Of a DNA stretch of 64,000 bases, positions 61,121-64,000 are shown one piece after another. Made by a program: the position numbers and the translations under genes. Numbering within the stretch: the first letter of the stretch is position 1; each line of letters begins with the position of its first letter. Below the pieces are notes generated by a model. It did no database searches. It saw only the letters and a program-made list of their open reading frames with translations, and was not told where the DNA came from. This DNA is from Antedon mediterranea. Its lineage: Eukaryota; Animalia; Echinodermata. The DNA lies in contig NC_092677.1 of NCBI RefSeq assembly GCF_964355755.1, positions 17,382,101 through 17,446,100 on the forward strand. Direction: 5' to 3'.

Positions 61121-64000
61121 TTATAGCCTAGCTGTCATTCCTCCAGCTACGATCATTGTTTCTCCCGTAATGTATGAACTATCATCAGAACAAAGAAATG
61201 CTACAGTTCCGGAACATTCATCAGGCAAACCAATCCTAAAACAAAAAACCAGAAAATGTAACTTTTTAGATGTTTGCTGAAGAGGTCTCTGTCTTACCAT
61301 GTGCTAGTTCCTACAGTAATTAATACACCTATGTTGGTTCTAATACTACTAGGCTCTTATTTGTTGCGTGGCATTTTCTGCCTTTAACACATTTACATCT
61401 GGTATGCATTGTTTATAAATATCAAAACATTTTTAAATAGCATCTTTTATTGTTTGATGTATATCTATAAATCTTCATAAAGTTCCCCAATATTTAATTT
61501 CTTGTTGCTGTTTTTTATTGAATGGTAATTAATGAATAAATATGACCTTACCTTCCAATTGGAATCATTTTGTTGGTCTCTTCTAAAGCTTCTTTATTAT
61601 TCCATAGCTGCAAAATTCAAGAGACATTTTTAATTCACAGTATGAATATATTAACTTAAGTTGGTGTAACCTAATGACTTGCTGTTCCTCCTGGCCTAGC
61701 TTAAACATCAATCAAGCACTATTAAGTGGTTGATAATTTAAGGTGGCGGCGCTGCAAGCCATAAAATGGAATACTGTTCAAGAATCTCCTTGATCAAGTC
61801 TTCTTGGATAAGGACTTATCCAGTGACACGCACCTGGCTTGTGTACTGTACATTTTATAGAACCCAGTGCATCTTTCGATTTATTGCTGTGGACAGAAGA
61901 AGTGTCGCTTGGTGCCAGCTCAAAACACAAGGGACTGTTATTTAGGGAAGTTAAAAGTTATTGTATGAACATCTAGTTCATTGATCTTTGAGACGGGTTC
62001 ATATAATAAAGCGCAATATAATATAAACATCCAATCCATATCTTGATTCATACAGTACTTACTGCTTCGCTGAATTTTGTTTTGATGATGCCAGGTGCAA
62101 GAGCATTGACTCGTATTCCAAGACGAGCACACTGTGGAGCCAAAGCTTTGGTTAAACCAAAGAGGGCAGTCTTGCTTACTGAATAAGGTCCTAGTAGCTA
62201 TAGAAATAAAAATAAATTCAACATTTATTTGGTCACTCACATAAAAAATTAAAAAGATATATTGTTCCCCTGAAAAATATTTTTTTTAAATGTTTTTGCT
62301 GAATATGCCATTTTAATTTAATATATTTTATTACTTTGATCAAAATTGGATCAGCAAAACAAATATTTACATGAAAAAACTAATTTAGAGCAATAACAAG
62401 TTTAATTGTCTGCTAGACAATGACTTTTTGGGCTAAATTTTACTGTTTATTTTGTCTTTTTATAAGTGAAAACTTTAATGGCCTATTCAAGTCGTTTTTG
62501 TAATTAATCATCATTTTTCATGTTTTTGGGGATAATAAATCTTTAATATTTTTGTAGGAAAACAAAATTATGTAAAATTCACATACCTCAAAAGGAACAT
62601 ATCCACCAATAGATGACACTATAACTATAGAACCACCACTATGAATAAATAAAATACAATAACAATAATAAATAAATAACAATATTTATCACATTCAAGC
62701 TGGGGCCCACTGTGAAAGGTCATGCCAAATTCAATGAACCCTAACAAAGGAACTGAATGTGGGTGGAGTTATGAGTTCTTCAAGTTTTCTTACCCTCTCT
62801 TCTCCATCTGAGTTACAGCATCCTTGATCAAAAGAAATGTGGCCTTTACATTCACATCAAAAATCTATAAAAAAAAACATTTTTTAAATAAATATGGATG
62901 GGAGGTCAGTCCGGACAAATTACACCAGGTTGCAAGTTGATCAAATGCCACGTTAGGAACTACTGTAGTAGGCTTTTTCCCAATTGAAACAGAAAGTTGT
63001 TCGGAAAACAGAACCTGACTAGGTAATGCACGTTGATAGTCTCCAGGATCTTGATACATCTTCTGAGCCCCATTCTGCCTAAGAATTCTTTTGACAGGCC
63101 CTGGATTCCAACACTCAGTATTTTCTTAAGGATTTCTTGATACAAAATAGGCTTGGCTCAACAGCTACTTAGATTCAATTATATTTTGAACTGTTTTGCA
63201 CCATTTGATAAAATATTTTTGGCTCAATTAATTGAAACACTTACCTTATCCCATGCTTCCTCGGTGGTCTGCAAAATAATTATAATATTTTAAGATAAAT
63301 GAAAATAGCTTATAATCTAAATCAAGCTACAGTCACAACATCAGTTGCTTTTTAATGAAAATTCAGATCTATGGTATTTTTAATATATTACTTACATCAA
63401 GTATTGGTCCAAAAACAGGATTAACAGCAGCATTAGATACAAATATGTCAATTCCACCTTGTTGTTCTACTGTCTGCAAGGGAACAAATTTAAGGACAGT
63501 AACAATTTAATATATTGCATAGCATATTTGCTATATTTTTAATGACCATAGATATATATCGATCAGGATTTTAAATGATTACAGAACATTCTAGGCCACT
63601 TTTAAAATTTAAAAGCCTAGTTAAAAAATGTGTATTATGTAGGAAAGGAGTACCCATGTTCATGAGAGCATAATTAAATACACTTGTTAAGTGATAATAG
63701 AACCCACGATCTCCAGATCACTAGTCTGGCGTTCGTACCTCTAAACCACCAAGCTTGCACTGATGGCTAGGGTTGGGATTCAAGCCCAATATAAGAGAGA
63801 AGATTTCTGGATGGTGCAGGTTTAAATTTTTTTATTTCAATGCATACTGAATTTATAAGGCGTTTTCGATGCTCTTCTTTTGCAACATGGCACACCATTC
63901 CAGAAACTTTAATGTTTTCCGATTTCAGTTGATTTACTGCTTTGTCTACATTGTTTTCTTTCCTACTGCTCACAACAACATGTGCTCCTTCTTGACCAAG
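61121..64000 (-). CDS. DHRS4: DHRS4 paralogue B, intact; 5' end beyond window
   Basis: Exons 64000-63848 (partial), 63473-63396, 63268-63245, 62864-62794, 62638-62587, 62197-62063 (YSVSK), 61607-61552, 61235-61121 (ends ARL*); same exon sizes as paralogue A. Confidence 0.95.

Overview
AT-rich, intron-containing metazoan genomic DNA; an invertebrate deuterostome such as an echinoderm is likely, inferred from gene content, a Deu-domain SINE and composition. Spliced genes reconstructed by hand: the 3' five exons of an alpha/beta-syntrophin (+), CHMP4 (+), a TK2/dNK-family deoxynucleoside kinase (-) head-to-head with TP53RK/Bud32 (+), and two tandem DHRS4 paralogues (-). One DHRS4 copy is split inside exon 7 by a full-length Gypsy (Mag-like) LTR retrotransposon with identical LTRs and a 5-bp TSD. 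Also present: a CR1/L2-group LINE with an open ORF2 but a mutated endonuclease Asp, an inverted pair of 1.1-kb TTAA-flanked (Kolobok-like) elements in one syntrophin intron, many MITEs, SINEs and minisatellites. The best candidate for something undescribed is a CpG-rich island at ~37.5-42 kb. It holds an unrecognised two-exon gene with an Arg/Trp-rich tail, a decayed ankyrin fragment and Helitron/Helentron-like flanks. All coordinates were read by eye; no database searches were run.
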